A stretch of DNA of 64,000 nt from an uncultured Chloroflexia bacterium (GTDB taxonomy: Bacteria > Chloroflexota > Limnocylindria > QHBO01). Positions 54,846-64,000 of this stretch are shown here, piece by piece (the stretch's first letter is position 1; each line of letters begins with the position of its first letter). The position numbers and the translations under genes are program-made. Location: contig CAWFCQ010000007.1 in the NCBI GenBank assembly GCA_963814375.1, positions 96,001 to 160,000 on the forward strand, written 5' to 3'. The notes below the pieces were generated by a model, which was given only the letters and a program-made list of their open reading frames with translations, was not told the origin of the DNA and searched no databases.

Positions 54846-55790
54846 ATGGAGGGCACACCATCCACGGCGGTCATCAGCACCCGCGGGCTCACGAAGCACT
54901 ACGGGCAGATTCGCGCGCTCTCCGACCTCGACCTCGAGGTCTACCAGGGCGAGATCTTCGGCTTCCTCGGGCCGAACGGCGCCGGGAAGTCGACCGCCAT
55001 CCGAACTCTCCTCGGCTTCCTCCAGCCGACACGCGGAGGGGCGCGGGTGCTGGGGCTGGACATCGTCAACGACTCGGTCGAGATCCGGCGTCTGACCGGC
55101 TATCTGCCGGGCGGGATCGCCCTGTACGACAGCCTCACCGGCGACGAGGTGCTCGACTACCTGGTTGAGATTCAGGGGCGCCCGCCCCATCGGCGCGCCG
55201 AGCTGTGCGAGCGGCTCGAGCTGCCCGGCGCGGTGCTGCGACGCAAGGTGCGTGACTACTCGCGCGGGATGCGGCAGAAGATCGGGGTGGTGCAGGCGCT
55301 CCAGCACGATCCCGAGCTGGCGATCCTGGACGAGCCGACCGAGGGCCTCGATCCGCTCATGCAGCAGGCCTTCTACCGGCTGCTCGACGACCTTCGCAAC
55401 GAGGGACGCACCGTCTTCTTCTCGTCCCACGTCCTCTCCGAGGTGGAGCGCCTCTGCGACCGGGTCGGGATCATCCGCGCCGGCCATCTCATGGCGGTCC
55501 ACGACGTCGACGACCTGCTCGCCCGACGCCGGCGTCGCGTGACGCTGCGCTGGCGCGGCGCGGCGCCGGACCCGGAGTCCCTTCCCGGGCTCGAGGACGT
55601 GCAGGTCGACGGAAGCCGGATCATCGGCACGCTGACCGGCGAGGTATCGATGTTCGTGCGCTCGATCGCCTCGCCGAATCTCGACGACCTGACGATCGAG
55701 CCGGCCAGCCTGGAGGAGGCCTTCCTCGAGTATTACGCCTCCGACGACACCGACTCGGCCGATGCGGAGCCGGAGGCGGAGACGACATGA
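54846..55790 (+). CDS. ABC exporter ATP-binding subunit
   Basis: GPNGAGKST, YSRGMRQK, ILDEPTEGLDP, SSHVLSE and SLEEAF. Confidence 0.9.
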   Translation: MEGTPSTAVISTRGLTKHYGQIRALSDLDLEVYQGEIFGFLGPNGAGKSTAIRTLLGFLQPTRGGARVLGLDIVNDSVEIRRLTGYLPGGIALYDSLTGDEVLDYLVEIQGRPPHRRAELCERLELPGAVLRRKVRDYSRGMRQKIGVVQALQHDPELAILDEPTEGLDPLMQQAFYRLLDDLRNEGRTVFFSSHVLSEVERLCDRVGIIRAGHLMAVHDVDDLLARRRRRVTLRWRGAAPDPESLPGLEDVQVDGSRIIGTLTGEVSMFVRSIASPNLDDLTIEPASLEEAFLEYYASDDTDSADAEPEAETT

Positions 55791-56590
55791 ACGGTCGCCT
55801 CTTCCGCCAGACGCTGCGCTGGCAGCGCGTCCGCCTCGCGATCGTGGTCGTGGCCGGCATCGCCTGGGGCGCGCTGATCCCGGTGATCTACGACGCATTC
55901 AGCGACGTCTTCCAGGAGATGGCGAACTCGGGCGTGCTGCCCGAGGAGCTGATGAACTTCGGATCCGGGTCGCTCTTCACGCTGCCCGGCTCGATGACGC
56001 TCGGCTTCCAGCATCCGCTGGCGATCGCGATGATCGGCATCTTCGCGGTCGGCGCGTCGGCTACCGCCGTGGCCGGCGAGCGGGCGCGCGGCACGCTCGA
56101 GGTGCTCCTGGCGCGTCCGATCTCGCGCACGACCCTCTACATCAGCATCCTCCTGGCGCTGCTGGTTGCCGTGCTCATCGTGCTGGTCGCGATCGTCAGC
56201 GGCATGGTCGGGAGCGCCTCGTTCATCGGCGTCTCCGACGAGATCGACATGAGCCAGCTGCCGCTCGTCGTCCTCAACGGCTTCGGCCTGTGGGCCGCCT
56301 TCACCACCTTCGGCCTGGCGATGTCGGTGACCTTCGATCGGCCGGGCCCGGCCATCGGCCTCTCGCTGGCGTTTCTGCTGATCAACTACTTCCTGGAGAT
56401 CCTCGGCTCACTGTGGACCGATGCGGCCTGGACGCAGGAGTACTCGCTGCTCCACCACTTCCAGCCGGGAGAGATCCTGACCGGCGAGCTCGACCCGATC
56501 GACCTGATCATCGTCTTCGTCGCCGCCGTGATCCCGATCATCTACGCGCTGCTCGTCTTCCCGCGACGCGACCTGGCGGCGCCGGCCTAG
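55787..56590 (+). CDS. ABC-2 exporter permease
   Basis: AGERARGTLEVLLARPISR, six TM segments and C-terminal FPRRDL. Confidence 0.88.
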   Translation: MNGRLFRQTLRWQRVRLAIVVVAGIAWGALIPVIYDAFSDVFQEMANSGVLPEELMNFGSGSLFTLPGSMTLGFQHPLAIAMIGIFAVGASATAVAGERARGTLEVLLARPISRTTLYISILLALLVAVLIVLVAIVSGMVGSASFIGVSDEIDMSQLPLVVLNGFGLWAAFTTFGLAMSVTFDRPGPAIGLSLAFLLINYFLEILGSLWTDAAWTQEYSLLHHFQPGEILTGELDPIDLIIVFVAAVIPIIYALLVFPRRDLAAPA

Positions 56591-59227
56591 TCCTCGAGCG
56601 CGTACGCCACCGCCGCGTCGACCGTCATCGCCTCGCCCTCGGCCACTGCGGCGGCGAGCTCGGGGCCCACGAAGATCTCCTGTGGGTCGAAACCGAGCAT
56701 CCCGCGGTTCCACAGGCTGATCCCGGTACCGCTGACTCGCTCCAGCTGCGTCACAGCTCCGAACAGCCGGGCAGAGCGCGGCAGATCGCCAGTGCGGTAG
56801 GCAGCCGCAGACAGCGCGTCGAGCACGAGCGTGTAGCCACTGACGTCCTGAGCTTCGGAGAAGATGCGAAGGGCGGCGTGCAGGTGACGACGCGCCTCGG
56901 CAACGTTGGCTCCTGGCTGGAGGTCGCCGAGCAGGGCGATCGCCATCGTGAACACCGCCCACCCGAGCATGAACTCATCCCCGATGCGCTCAAAGACCTC
57001 GCGAGCGTTCGCCGCGTGCTCGAACGCATCGGCCATGTGGTTGGAGCTGTAGTCCAGGTTGGCGAGGGCCCACTCACACCGGCCGATGCCACCCTCGTCG
57101 TCGAGCTCGGTGTAGATGGCGAGGGCCTGATCGATCGCCTCGCGCGACCGTCGGCGGTCGTCCTCTGGAGGGTCTTCCACGATTGCCCACGTGAAGGAGA
57201 TGCCATAGAGGGCGCCCGCCTCGCCGGCTCGGTCGCCGAGGGCGCGGCGAATTTCGACCTCCTGGAGGTACCAGCCCCGCGAAGTCTCGGAGTCCGCCAG
57301 CCAATAGGCGACACCGGCGGCCGCGTCCAGGGCATCGGCCAAGAGCTCCGGATGGTCCCCGCTCCCTGGCAAGCCGATGGCCGTCTCGAGCCTCTCGCGG
57401 CCCTCGACCAGGTAGCCGCGCATCTGCCAGAAGCGCCACAGGCGCGATGTCAGTCGAAGCGCCGCGGCCGCATCGTTCGTCTCGACGGCCCAGGAGATAG
57501 CCGCGCGCATGTTGTCGTGCTCCTCCTCGAGCCGATCGAGCCAATGGCGCTTGTCGGCACCCATCACCGCCGGCCCGGCGGACTCTGCCAGGTCCATGAA
57601 GGCGGCCCCATGGGCCGCTCGAAGCGCGTCTCGGCGGCCGCGAAGCGTCCGCCTGCTCGACCGCGAACTCGCGGATCGTCTCGAGCATCACGAACCGCGG
57701 CTCGCCGTCCACACTCTCGACCTGCCGCAGGAGGCTCTTCTCGACCAACGAGGCGAGCGCATCGATGACGTCGCCGCTGACATCCTCGGCACAGACTCGC
57801 TCGACGGCCTCGAGCCCCGCTCCCCCTGCGAAGACGGAGAGCCCCGCAAACAGCGCGCGATCGGGCTCGTCCAGCATGTCGTGGCTCCATGCGATCGCCG
57901 CGCGCAGGGTCTGCTGCCGCTCGGGAAGGTCGCGCGCGCCACCGGCGAGCAACCCGAGCCGGTCGGTCAGGCGGCCGAGCATCGCCTGGGGTGTGAGGAT
58001 GCGGATACGTGCCGCCGCCAGCTCGATCGCCAGCGGCAGCCCGTCGAGTCGCACGCAGATCTCGGCAACCGCCGGGGCATTCTCGTTGGTGACCTCGAAC
58101 GACGGCTTCACCGCCCTCGCACGCTCGATGAAGAGCGCGACCGACTCGTACTGTGAGAGCTGAGAGAGCGGTGGCAGGTGTGCCGGGTCGGGCATGGCGA
58201 GCGGCGGAACGAGGTACTCCTGCTCACCCGCGACGCGCAGCACGATGCGGCTGCTGACGAGCACCGTCAGCTTCGGGCATGCGTCGAGCAGCGCTCCGAT
58301 CGCCGGGGCGGCGGCCACCACCTGTTCGAGATTGTCGAGAACGAGCAGCACGGCACGGTCGCCGATATGGTCGATGAGGCGGTCCATCGGGTCTCGCCCG
58401 CCTCGGTCGGGGAGGTTGAGGGTCTGCGCCACGGTCGGCAGCACCAGCTCCGGATCGGTGATCGCGGACAGCTCGACGAAGAAGACCCCACCGGCGTAGT
58501 GACGGAGCGCGCGGCCGGCAACCTCAAGGCTGAGTCGCGTCTTGCCCGTGCCTCCGGGCCCGGTCAGCGTGAGCAGCCGGTTATCGCGAAGCAGCTCGCT
58601 GACCTCGGCGATTTCGCGGTGACGTCCGAGGAAGCTGGTAAGCCGGGTCGGCAGATTGTTCGGAGTGGCGTCGAGCGAGCTCAGAGTGGGAAAGTCGTTC
58701 TGCACGCCGGGGATGACGAGCTGCCAGAGATGCTCGGGATGCTCGAGGTCCTTCAGCCGATGCTCGCCGAGGTCGCGCAGATCGACACCATCCGGCAACG
58801 ACTCGCCCAGCAGCGCCCGCGTCGCCGACGAGATCAGGACCTGCCCGCCATGGCCGACGCCCGCGATGCGGCTGGCCCGATGGACGTGGAGGCCGACGTA
58901 GGTCTTCGCCGAGAGGCTCGCCTCCCCGGTATGGAGACCGATCCGGACGCGGATTTCGCCGCGCTCCGGCCACGGCTCGGCGGCCAGCGCGCGCTGCGCC
59001 CGCACGGCTGCCGCCACGGCGCCGGGCGCGGTCGGGAAGGTCACGAAGAAGGAGTCGCCCTCGGTGCCGACCTCCACGCCGTCGCTGGCCGCGAAGGCCT
59101 CGCGGAGCAGCTGCTGGTGACGCTGGAGCAGGGAGGGCCAGCCGTCTCCCTGCGCGCGGAGCAGGCGGGTAGAGCCCTCGATGTCGCTGAAGAAGAAGGT
59201 GACGGTGCCGGTCAGGAGCTCGGGCAT
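56587..59227 (-). CDS. Class III adenylate/guanylate cyclase + STAND ATPase + TPR protein; apparent +1 frameshift near 57643
   Basis: TFFFSDIEGST, TEGDSFF, RIGLHTG, GPGGTGKTRL, LDNLEQ, LDGLPLAIELAAAR and MLETIREF. The reading continues in the 56587..57597 frame (EHDNMRAA, WRFW) after one base is removed. Confidence 0.85.
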
Positions 59228-59265
59228 TCGGTCCGATGAGTGTATCGCTCGGCTAGGCTTCGCCG

Positions 59266-60192
59266 GTGCGATCACTCGTCCGCGGGCTGCGCCGCCGTCC
59301 CGTCCTGACCGCGGTCCTCGGCGCGCTGACGATCGCCTTCTCCGCCATCTTCGTCCGCCTCGCCGACGTCTCGCCCGGCACGGCGGCCGTCTTCCGCTGC
59401 CTCTACGCGCTCCCCCCGCTGGCGATCCTGGCGTGGTACGAGCACCGCCGATACGGACCGCGCGCCGCCGGACAGGCGCGCCTCGCCTGGATCGCCGGCA
59501 TCTTCTTCGCCGTCGACCTCGTGGCGTGGCACTTCGCGATCCGGGAGGTGGGGGCCGGCCTGGCGACCGTGCTCGGCAACACCCAGGTCGTCATCGTGCC
59601 CATCGCCGCCTGGCTCCTGCTCGGTGAGAAGCCCGGCGCGCGCGTCGCCGCGTCGGTGCCACTGGTTCTCATCGGCGTCGTGCTCATCTCCGGCGTCCTG
59701 GGGGGTGGCGAGGCGTACGGTCGGAACCCGGTGCTCGGCGTGGCCTTCGGCCTCCTCACCGGGCTCGCCTACGCCGGCTTTCTCCTCGTCCAGCGGCGAG
59801 CGAACGCGGACACGCGCCGGCCCGCAGGGCCGCTCTTCGACGCCACGCTGTCGGCGGCCATCGTCTCTCTCGTGCTGGGCGTGCCATTCGGCGGCGTCGA
59901 TCTCGTCCCGAGCTGGCCGGCCCACGGCTGGCTGATCCTCCTGGCGCTCAGCGTCCAGGTGCTTGGCTGGCTGCTCATCAGCATCAGCCTGCCCCGCCTC
60001 CCCTCGGCGGTGACGTCGGTGGTCCTCACCATCCAGCCGGTGGGCGCGGTCCTCCTCGGGATCTGGCTGCTGGGGGAGGCGCCCTCTTCGTTCCAGCTGA
60101 TGGGCGTCCTCTTCATCATCGGCGGGCTTCTGCTGACGACCCTTCGCATCCGCCCGCGACGCGTGCGCCGGGCGCAGCCCGAGGTCGGCTAG
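59266..60192 (+). CDS. DMT/EamA family transporter
   Basis: Ten TM segments with duplicated EamA halves (LLLGEK; LLGEA). Confidence 0.88.
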   Translation: MRSLVRGLRRRPVLTAVLGALTIAFSAIFVRLADVSPGTAAVFRCLYALPPLAILAWYEHRRYGPRAAGQARLAWIAGIFFAVDLVAWHFAIREVGAGLATVLGNTQVVIVPIAAWLLLGEKPGARVAASVPLVLIGVVLISGVLGGGEAYGRNPVLGVAFGLLTGLAYAGFLLVQRRANADTRRPAGPLFDATLSAAIVSLVLGVPFGGVDLVPSWPAHGWLILLALSVQVLGWLLISISLPRLPSAVTSVVLTIQPVGAVLLGIWLLGEAPSSFQLMGVLFIIGGLLLTTLRIRPRRVRRAQPEVG

Positions 60193-61518
60193 CCGCTGCT
60201 GGCCGGGAGCGTGACGATGAAGCAGGTGCGCCCACGGCTCGGACTCGACCTCGATCCGACCACCGTGCTGGGCCACCACGTTGTGCGAGATGTGGAGGCC
60301 CAGGCCGGTGCCCTTGCCGGGCTCCTTGGTCGTGTAGAACGGCTCGAAGAGGCGCTTTCGCACCTCATCCGGAATGCCGGAGCCCGTGTCGCAGACCCAG
60401 ACCCGGACCCCGATCCCGCCCGGCTCAGGCTCGGGCGCGGCGCCGATCGTCAGGGTGCCGCGGCCGTCCATCGCGTCGACGGCGTTGTCGACGAGGTTCG
60501 TCCATACCTGGTTGAGCTCCGACCCATGGGCCTCGATCTCGGGGAGGTCGTCCGCGAGCTCGGTGCGAACGTCGATGTCGCGCAGCCGATGCCGCATGAT
60601 GACGAGGGTCTGCTCGATCCCGGTGCGAACGTCGATGCGCTGAACGGGCGCCTGGTCGAGGTAGGCGTAGCCCTTGACGGCGGCGACGATGTCCCGGATG
60701 CGGGTGAGCGCCATCTCCAGCTCCCCGAGCAGCTGCCGGACCGATGCGTCGGCCGCCAGCCACGGGATGACGTCGGCCGGCACCTCGGCCAGCGACTCCG
60801 GGGTCCAGCCGACCTCGACCAGCGCGCTGGCGGCATCGTCGTCGGTGATGAACGCCCCGAGCGCGGCGATGCGATCCGCTCGATCGAGCGCCGATCGCGG
60901 AGGCGGCGTCCCCTCCGGCGGCCTCGGCGGCGGGCTCGGCCGCGGGAGGGACTCGGCGGAGGTGACCGCGCTCTGGAGCGACGCGACCGAGCGCATCGCG
61001 GCCGCCGCGGGGTTGTTCAGCTCATGGGCCAGGCCCGCGGCCAGCGTACCCAGCCCGGCGAGCTTCTCCCGCTCCCGCAGCGTCGACTCCATCGTGCGGA
61101 GCCGACCGACGGCGGTTCGGATGACGGCCAGCGCCACGTCCGGTCCGGCGTCGAGCAGCTCCCGAATCGTCTCGACCGGGATGCGGAGCGCCTCGGCCTC
61201 CGTCAGGGCGCGCACCGACGCGAGGCGGCGGCCGCCCTCGAGCGCCGCGATCTCGCCCTGGAGCGACCCGGGGCCGACGCGGGCGAGCGGGATCTCGCTC
61301 GTGCCGGTCCGCTTGGTGACCTCGAGCTCGCCGTCGAGGACGACGTACAGGGCGTCGGCCACGTCGCCCTCCGTGATCAGGACGTCGTCCGGCGCCAGGT
61401 CGACGATCTCGCCGCGCTCGACCAGGCGGGCCAGCTGTGCATCGTCGAGACCGCCGAAGAGCGGGGTATCGCGCAGCCGTTCCGCGATCGCATCGGCCGG
61501 GAGATGCGCGTGGCTCAC
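60189..61518 (-). CDS. Cytoplasmic sensor histidine kinase with N-terminal cyclic-nucleotide-binding domain; apparent +1 frameshift near 60234
   Basis: ITEGD...LYVVLDG...GEIAA...RLASVRA (cNMP); AGLAHELNNP (H-box), NQVWTNLVDNA, DTGSGI, FEPFYTTK and GTGLGL. The corrected end is PGRTCFIVTLPASSG-stop at 60189. Confidence 0.85.
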
Positions 61519-63164
61519 AGCTGGGCCAGGTACTGGTGGACCAGCGCGACGGCCATGGCGCCCTCGCCGACGGCGCTCGCGATTCGCTTCACCGAGTCGT
61601 GGCGCACGTCCCCTGCCGCGAAAAGTCCCGGCAGGCTCGACTCGAGGAGGAATGGTGGGCGGTCGAGGCTCCAGCCCTGCTCGCGACCGACGCTCGGGCC
61701 GGTGAGGACGTAGCCGCGCTCGTCACGGGCGACGACCCCGTCGAGCCAGGCTGTGTGTGGCTGCTGGCCGATGAAGATGAAGACCGCGCTCACCGGCAGC
61801 TCGAGCTCGCCGTCCGGCGACGTGAATGCCGCGCTCTCGAGATGCTCCTTGCCACGCAGCTCGCGCGTTGTCGTGCCGGTGTGGACCTCGACGTTCTCGA
61901 GCAGGCCTATCTGCTCCACCAGGTAGGCGCTCATGCCCGCGGCGATGTCGTCGCCGCGCACGACGAGGTGGACGCGCCGCGCGAAGCGCGACAGGTGCAC
62001 CGCCGCCTGCCCGGCCGAGTTGCCGGCGCCGATGACGGCCACCTCGGCATCGCGATACAGGATCGCCTCGGTGGTGGCAGCGCCGTAGTACACGCCCGCG
62101 CCGCTCAGCTCGCCGGCGCCCGGCACCTCCAGCTGCCGATAGCTGACGCCGGTGGCGACGACCACCGCCTGGCACGAGACCTCCGCGCCGTCGTCCAGGA
62201 CGACGATGCGGTAGGGATCTCCGCGCCGCACGGCGGCCGCCTCCTGCGAAGAGAGGATCTCGGCGCCGAGCCTGCGCGCCTGGGCCAATGCGCGTCGCGC
62301 GAGGTCGCCTCCGGTCAGCCCTGCGGGAAAGCCGAGGTAGTTCTCGATCCGGCTCGTCGTCCCAGCCTGGCCGCCGGGCGCCTCGCGCTCGACGAGAAGC
62401 GTCTTCAGCCCCTCGCTCGCTCCGTAGACCGCGGCCGCCAGGCCGCCAGGCCCGGCGCCCACGATCACGAGGTCGTAGAAGGGAAGTGCTGCGTGGGTGG
62501 ACATCCCGATGGCGTCCGCCAGCTCCCGGTTGCTCGGATCCGTCAGCTGGGTCCCGTCGGGGAGGACGACGACCGGCTGCGCGGGGTCCAGCGGCTCGGC
62601 GAGCGCGGCAGCCCGGCGCTTCCCCTCCTCGTCCGTCTCGGGATCGAGCCACATGTAGGGGACCTGGTTCCGTGTCAGGAAGTCCCGGATGGCGTGGCCA
62701 CGCGGCGCCCATCGGCCGCTGAGCAGCCGGAGTCCCTCGAAGTCGGGGCGATGATTGGCCGCCCAGTCGGTCAGCAGGTCGTCGACGACGGGGTACAGCC
62801 GCTCCTCGGGGGGATCCCAGGGCTTGAGCAGGTAATGGTCGAGGTCGAGATCGTTGATGGCCCGGATGGCGACCTCGGTATCGGCGTAGGCGGTGAGCAG
62901 GACGCGGCGCGCTTCGGGTTGCAGCGCGATGGCCTCGCCCAGGAACTCGATGCCGGTCATGTGCGGCATCCGCTGGTCGACGAGGAAGAGGGCGACCGGG
63001 TTGGACCGCTGGGTGAGCTCGCGGACGACCTCGAGCGCCTCCGCCCCCGAGCCGGCGCCGATGACCCGGTAGTCGTCCCCGTAGCGCGTGCGGAGATCTC
63101 GCTCGACCGCCCGGAGCACCGGGGCGTCGTCGTCGACGGCGAGGAGGACCGGCTTGTCAGCCAT
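61515..63164 (-). CDS. Response-regulator receiver fused to a thioredoxin-reductase-like FAD/NAD(P) oxidoreductase
   Basis: VDDD, VDQRMP, LTAYAD and LKPW (receiver); GAGPGG, GGQAGTTSRIENYLGFP, GAGNSAGQ, FAAGDVR and AVGEG. Confidence 0.9.
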   Translation of the reverse strand: MADKPVLLAVDDDAPVLRAVERDLRTRYGDDYRVIGAGSGAEALEVVRELTQRSNPVALFLVDQRMPHMTGIEFLGEAIALQPEARRVLLTAYADTEVAIRAINDLDLDHYLLKPWDPPEERLYPVVDDLLTDWAANHRPDFEGLRLLSGRWAPRGHAIRDFLTRNQVPYMWLDPETDEEGKRRAAALAEPLDPAQPVVVLPDGTQLTDPSNRELADAIGMSTHAALPFYDLVIVGAGPGGLAAAVYGASEGLKTLLVEREAPGGQAGTTSRIENYLGFPAGLTGGDLARRALAQARRLGAEILSSQEAAAVRRGDPYRIVVLDDGAEVSCQAVVVATGVSYRQLEVPGAGELSGAGVYYGAATTEAILYRDAEVAVIGAGNSAGQAAVHLSRFARRVHLVVRGDDIAAGMSAYLVEQIGLLENVEVHTGTTTRELRGKEHLESAAFTSPDGELELPVSAVFIFIGQQPHTAWLDGVVARDERGYVLTGPSVGREQGWSLDRPPFLLESSLPGLFAAGDVRHDSVKRIASAVGEGAMAVALVHQYLAQL

Positions 63165-63231
63165 CGGCAGGAGTGTATGCCGTGGCGTCCCACGGCTCGG
63201 GCCGGCGGCGCGAACCCGGTACGCTCCCGGC

Positions 63232-64000
63232 ATGCTCCTCAGCGGAAGTGGCCGTCTTGCCCCCGGGGGGCGCTCGCCGTGGGCGATCCAGGTGCGGGAC
63301 GGGCGCATCGCATGGCTCGGCGACCCCGCGGACGCGCCGCCCGACGACGAGCGCCACGACCTCGGCGAGGCCCTCGTCACGCCCGGGCTGGTCGACAGCC
63401 ACACCCATCCCGTCTTCGTCGGCGACCGATCCGACGAGGCCGCCGCCAGGCTGGAGGGCGCGCCGTACACCGAGGGCGGGATCCTGCGCACCGTTCGCGC
63501 CACGCGCGCGGCCGACGACGCGACGCTCGAGGCCGAGGTCGAGCGGCGCCTGCGTGCTGCGCTTGCCGCGGGCACGACCACGGTCGAGTGCAAGTCGGGC
63601 TACGGGCTCTCACTCGACGAGGAGCTGCGCCACCTCCGCATCATCCGCGACGTCGGCGAACGCATTCCGGTGAGGGTGGTCCCCACCTTCCTCGGTGCGC
63701 ATGCCGTCCCGCCGGAGTCGGCCTCCCTGGAGGAGTACGCGGCGCACGTGGCCGACGAGATGATCCCGGCCGTCGCAGCCGAGCACCTCGCGGCCTTCGT
63801 CGACGTCTTCGCCGATGCCGGCTTCTTCGATCTCGCGGGCACGGAGCGAATCGCCCGGGCCGCCGCGGCATCAGGGCTGGGGCTGCGGCTCCACGCGGAG
63901 CAGCTGGCGCGCACGGGCGCGGCGGAGCTCGGCGTCCGCGTGGGCGCGGCATCGGTCGACCATCTCGAGCAGCTCGATGCGGAGGGGGTGGCCGTGATCG
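63232..64000 (+). CDS. hutI: Imidazolonepropionase, partial (runs off the window end)
   Basis: Manual translation from ATG 63232 (TACGCT 6 nt upstream): TPGLVDSHTHPVF, GGILRTVRATR, GTTTVECKSGYGL, TFLGAHA, LHAEQL and SVDHLE. Absent from the ORF track because there is no stop codon in the window. Confidence 0.88.
   Translation, partial: MLLSGSGRLAPGGRSPWAIQVRDGRIAWLGDPADAPPDDERHDLGEALVTPGLVDSHTHPVFVGDRSDEAAARLEGAPYTEGGILRTVRATRAADDATLEAEVERRLRAALAAGTTTVECKSGYGLSLDEELRHLRIIRDVGERIPVRVVPTFLGAHAVPPESASLEEYAAHVADEMIPAVAAEHLAAFVDVFADAGFFDLAGTERIARAAAASGLGLRLHAEQLARTGAAELGVRVGAASVDHLEQLDAEGVAVI

Noticed and set aside
59272-60188. C-terminal extension of the 748-aa histidine kinase ORF
   Set aside because: Read-through after the frameshift near 60234. 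It is antisense to the DMT transporter.
1-64000. tRNA, rRNA, prophage, integrase or IS elements
   Set aside because: No such motifs or genes were recognised. The window is almost entirely filled by metabolic, transport and regulatory genes.

Overview
This is a very GC-rich (about 70% by eye), gene-dense bacterial chromosomal segment with about 63 protein-coding genes. I saw no rRNA, tRNA, CRISPR array, integrase or transposase. The gene content (F420 maturation genes, LLM/PPOX F420 enzymes, class III cyclase-STAND proteins, MarP, Sec lipoproteins, many leaderless genes) fits a monoderm such as Chloroflexota (Limnocylindria-like) or Actinomycetota, but the taxon is inference only. Main blocks in order: (1) a YIDPGSGS micro-protein, a NoeA-like kinase/methyltransferase and a membrane sulfatase-like protein; (2) cyclase-STAND, DUF885, and MarR with a DrrAB-type exporter; (3) asd and hom; (4) cofD-cofC-cofE with F420 enzymes; (5) a dispersed reductive pyrimidine-catabolism set (hydA, beta-ureidopropionase-like nitrilase, class III aminotransferase, NMT1-type ABC importer) in which a TIGR03842-type F420 LLM reductase sits where a dihydropyrimidine dehydrogenase would be expected; (6) ion-homeostasis genes, including a channel with a non-canonical filter, CBS + NhaD/ArsB behind a candidate two-state pseudoknot leader RNA, and a CPA2 antiporter; (7) a 5'-nucleotidase, split pntAB, ABC exporters, a macrodomain protein and a sarcosine-oxidase-like protein; (8) a second cyclase-STAND, a cNMP-domain histidine kinase with a receiver-TrxB fusion, and partial hutI. 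Five genes carry single +1 frameshifts, probably sequencing errors. The best novelty candidates are F420-dependent pyrimidine reduction, the structured leader at 43120-43220, and the peptide/kinase-MTase/sulfatase envelope-modification module. All product calls come from motif recognition by eye; no database searches were run.
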